Shown one piece after another: positions 62,447 through 64,000 of a DNA stretch of 64,000 nucleotides (position 1 is the stretch's first letter; every line of letters begins with the position of its first letter). The stretch lies in NCBI GenBank assembly GCA_963740085.1, contig CAVUCU010000001.1, positions 704,001-768,000 of the forward strand. Reading direction: 5' to 3'. A program made the position numbers and the translations under genes. The notes below the pieces were generated by a model. It was not told the origin of the DNA. It searched no databases and saw nothing but the letters and a program-made list of their open reading frames with translations. Origin of the DNA: Nitrospirota bacterium (lineage in GTDB: Bacteria > Nitrospirota > UBA9217).

Positions 62447-62885
62447 TTTGACACTGAAAGACACTGATCAATTATGATAAAAGCTGATAATAATTATTTG
62501 CACTCTGAATTAACTGACAAAATAATCGGGTGCGCATATGATGTTTACAATCAGTTGGGATATGGTTTTTTAGAAAAGGTTTACGAAAACGCAATGATGA
62601 TTAAACTGTCTCAAAGAGAAATTGAGGCACGGCAGCAGGTTCCAATCAACGTACACTTCGAAGGCCATACTGTGGGAGAATATTGTGCCGACATTCTGGC
62701 TGACAAACGGGTGATTGTCGAGTTCAAGGCAGTTTCTGCATTGTCTAAATCTCATGAAGTACAACTCGTTAATTATCTTAAGGCAACCGGTGTTAAAGTC
62801 GGCCTGCTAATTAATTTTGGCGAGAAATTAAAAGTTATAAGACGGGTTTTTTAATCATATAAAATCAGTGTAAATCAGTGTCAAA
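62447..62885. mobile_element. Putative GxxExxY mobile element bounded by terminal inverted repeats
   Basis: Left TTTGACACTGAAAGACACTGAT (62447-62468), right ATCAGTGTAAATCAGTGTCAAA (62864-62885); 19/22 complementary, outer 11 bp perfect. Confidence 0.7.
62474..62854 (+). CDS. GxxExxY protein (PD-(D/E)XK nuclease-like)
   Basis: LGYGFLEKVYE, ADIL...IVEFKA, QLVNYLKA, GLLINFG; visibly AT-rich compared with nuo genes. Confidence 0.93.
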   Translation: MIKADNNYLHSELTDKIIGCAYDVYNQLGYGFLEKVYENAMMIKLSQREIEARQQVPINVHFEGHTVGEYCADILADKRVIVEFKAVSALSKSHEVQLVNYLKATGVKVGLLINFGEKLKVIRRVF

Positions 62886-62886
62886 A

Positions 62887-64000
62887 ATGATCACTATCTA
62901 TATCGACAACAAACCATACCAGGTAAAGCCTGACCAGAACCTCCTCCAGGCCTGTCTGACCCTCGGTTTCGACCTCCCCTACTTCTGCTGGCACCCGGCC
63001 ATGCATGCCGTGGGCGCCTGTCGCCAGTGCGCGGTGAAGTCGTTCAAGGACGAGAAGGACACTCACGGCAGGATCGTCATGTCCTGCATGACGCCTCTGA
63101 CCGAGGGCATGCGGATCTCCGTGGACGATCCCGAAGCGAAAGCCTTCCGTTCGAGCATCACCGAATTCCTGATGGTGAACCATCCCCACGACTGCCCGGT
63201 CTGCGACGAAGGCGGGGAATGCCACCTCCAGGATATGACGGTCATGACCGGCCACACCTATCGCCACACACGGTTCAAGAAGCGCACGCACAGGAACCAG
63301 GACCTCGGCCCTTTCATCAACCACGAGATGAACCGCTGCATCGCCTGCTATCGCTGCGTCCGCTTCTACCGGGACTATGCGGGCGGACGGGACCTGAATG
63401 TGTTCGCGTCGCATGACCACGTGTACTTCGGCCGCCACGAGGACGGCGTGCTCGAAAGCGAATTCAGCGGCAACCTCGTCGAGATATGCCCCACCGGGGT
63501 GTTCACGGACAAGACGTTTAAAAAACATTACACCCGCAAATGGGACCTCCAGACCGCGCCATCGATCTGCGTGCACTGCGGCCTTGGCTGCAACACCATC
63601 GCGGGAGAACGGTACGGCACGCTTCGCCGGATATTGAATCGCTACAACCACGAAGTGAACGGCTACTTCCTCTGCGACCGGGGGCGTTTCGGATATGAAT
63701 TCGTGAACAGCGACAAAAGGATCAGGCAGCCACTGATGAAGGTACCCTCGCCCCTTGAAGAAGAGGGCAGGGTGGACGGGGGGCTGGAACCGACCGGCAA
63801 GGCGCTTGTGCTGCAACGCATTATCGACATTCTCTCCAAGAGCAAAAACATCATCGGCATCGGCTCCCCCCGCGCAACGGTGGAATCGAACTTCGCGCTC
63901 CGCGCGCTCGTCGGACCTGACAACTTCTATTCGGGAATGTCGGAACAGGAGCATATACTTGTCCCCCTCATCATAGACATTCTTCAGAAAGGCCCTGCAA
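62887..64000 (+). CDS. nuoG: NADH-quinone oxidoreductase subunit G (5' part, runs off the window)
   Basis: [65 protein letters not shown]. Confidence 0.95.
   Translation, partial: MITIYIDNKPYQVKPDQNLLQACLTLGFDLPYFCWHPAMHAVGACRQCAVKSFKDEKDTHGRIVMSCMTPLTEGMRISVDDPEAKAFRSSITEFLMVNHPHDCPVCDEGGECHLQDMTVMTGHTYRHTRFKKRTHRNQDLGPFINHEMNRCIACYRCVRFYRDYAGGRDLNVFASHDHVYFGRHEDGVLESEFSGNLVEICPTGVFTDKTFKKHYTRKWDLQTAPSICVHCGLGCNTIAGERYGTLRRILNRYNHEVNGYFLCDRGRFGYEFVNSDKRIRQPLMKVPSPLEEEGRVDGGLEPTGKALVLQRIIDILSKSKNIIGIGSPRATVESNFALRALVGPDNFYSGMSEQEHILVPLIIDILQKGPA

Overview
A 64-kb chromosomal window from a moderately GC-rich anaerobic bacterium. The gene content suggests Nitrospirota or Desulfobacterota, which is inference only. 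It carries c-di-GMP and two-component signalling genes (two PilZ proteins, two GGDEF cyclases, a CheY-like protein, SixA), nfi, a three-gene split glutamate synthase, tolQRAB, two moeA genes, trxB and a dnaJ-hspR-clpB heat-shock operon. It also carries a fatty-acid beta-oxidation/ETF operon with many frameshifts (probably assembly errors), arsR-selD-tauE, aspS, crcB, pcm-surE-tRNA-Pro-merR-ihfA, an octaheme HAO-family cytochrome and the start of a nuo operon (A, B, CD, E, F, G partial). Five observations stand out. (1) A GxxExxY nuclease gene with terminal inverted repeats is inserted between nuoF and nuoG, with four gene-less copies of the same element elsewhere in the nuo operon and similar palindromes at every junction of the beta-oxidation operon; this is a candidate autonomous/non-autonomous mobile system. 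(2) Two UGA-recoded selenoproteins are not correctly represented in the ORF track: SelD and a 55-aa CxxC-U-CxxC protein, each with a SECIS-like hairpin. (3) An 83-bp tandem duplication appears to have separated two overlapping glutamate synthase genes. (4) An intergenic palindrome is inserted in frame into nuoG. (5) One protein fuses a ferritin-like domain to PilZ. No CRISPR array, prophage or classical IS was seen. All calls come from reading the sequence; no searches were run.
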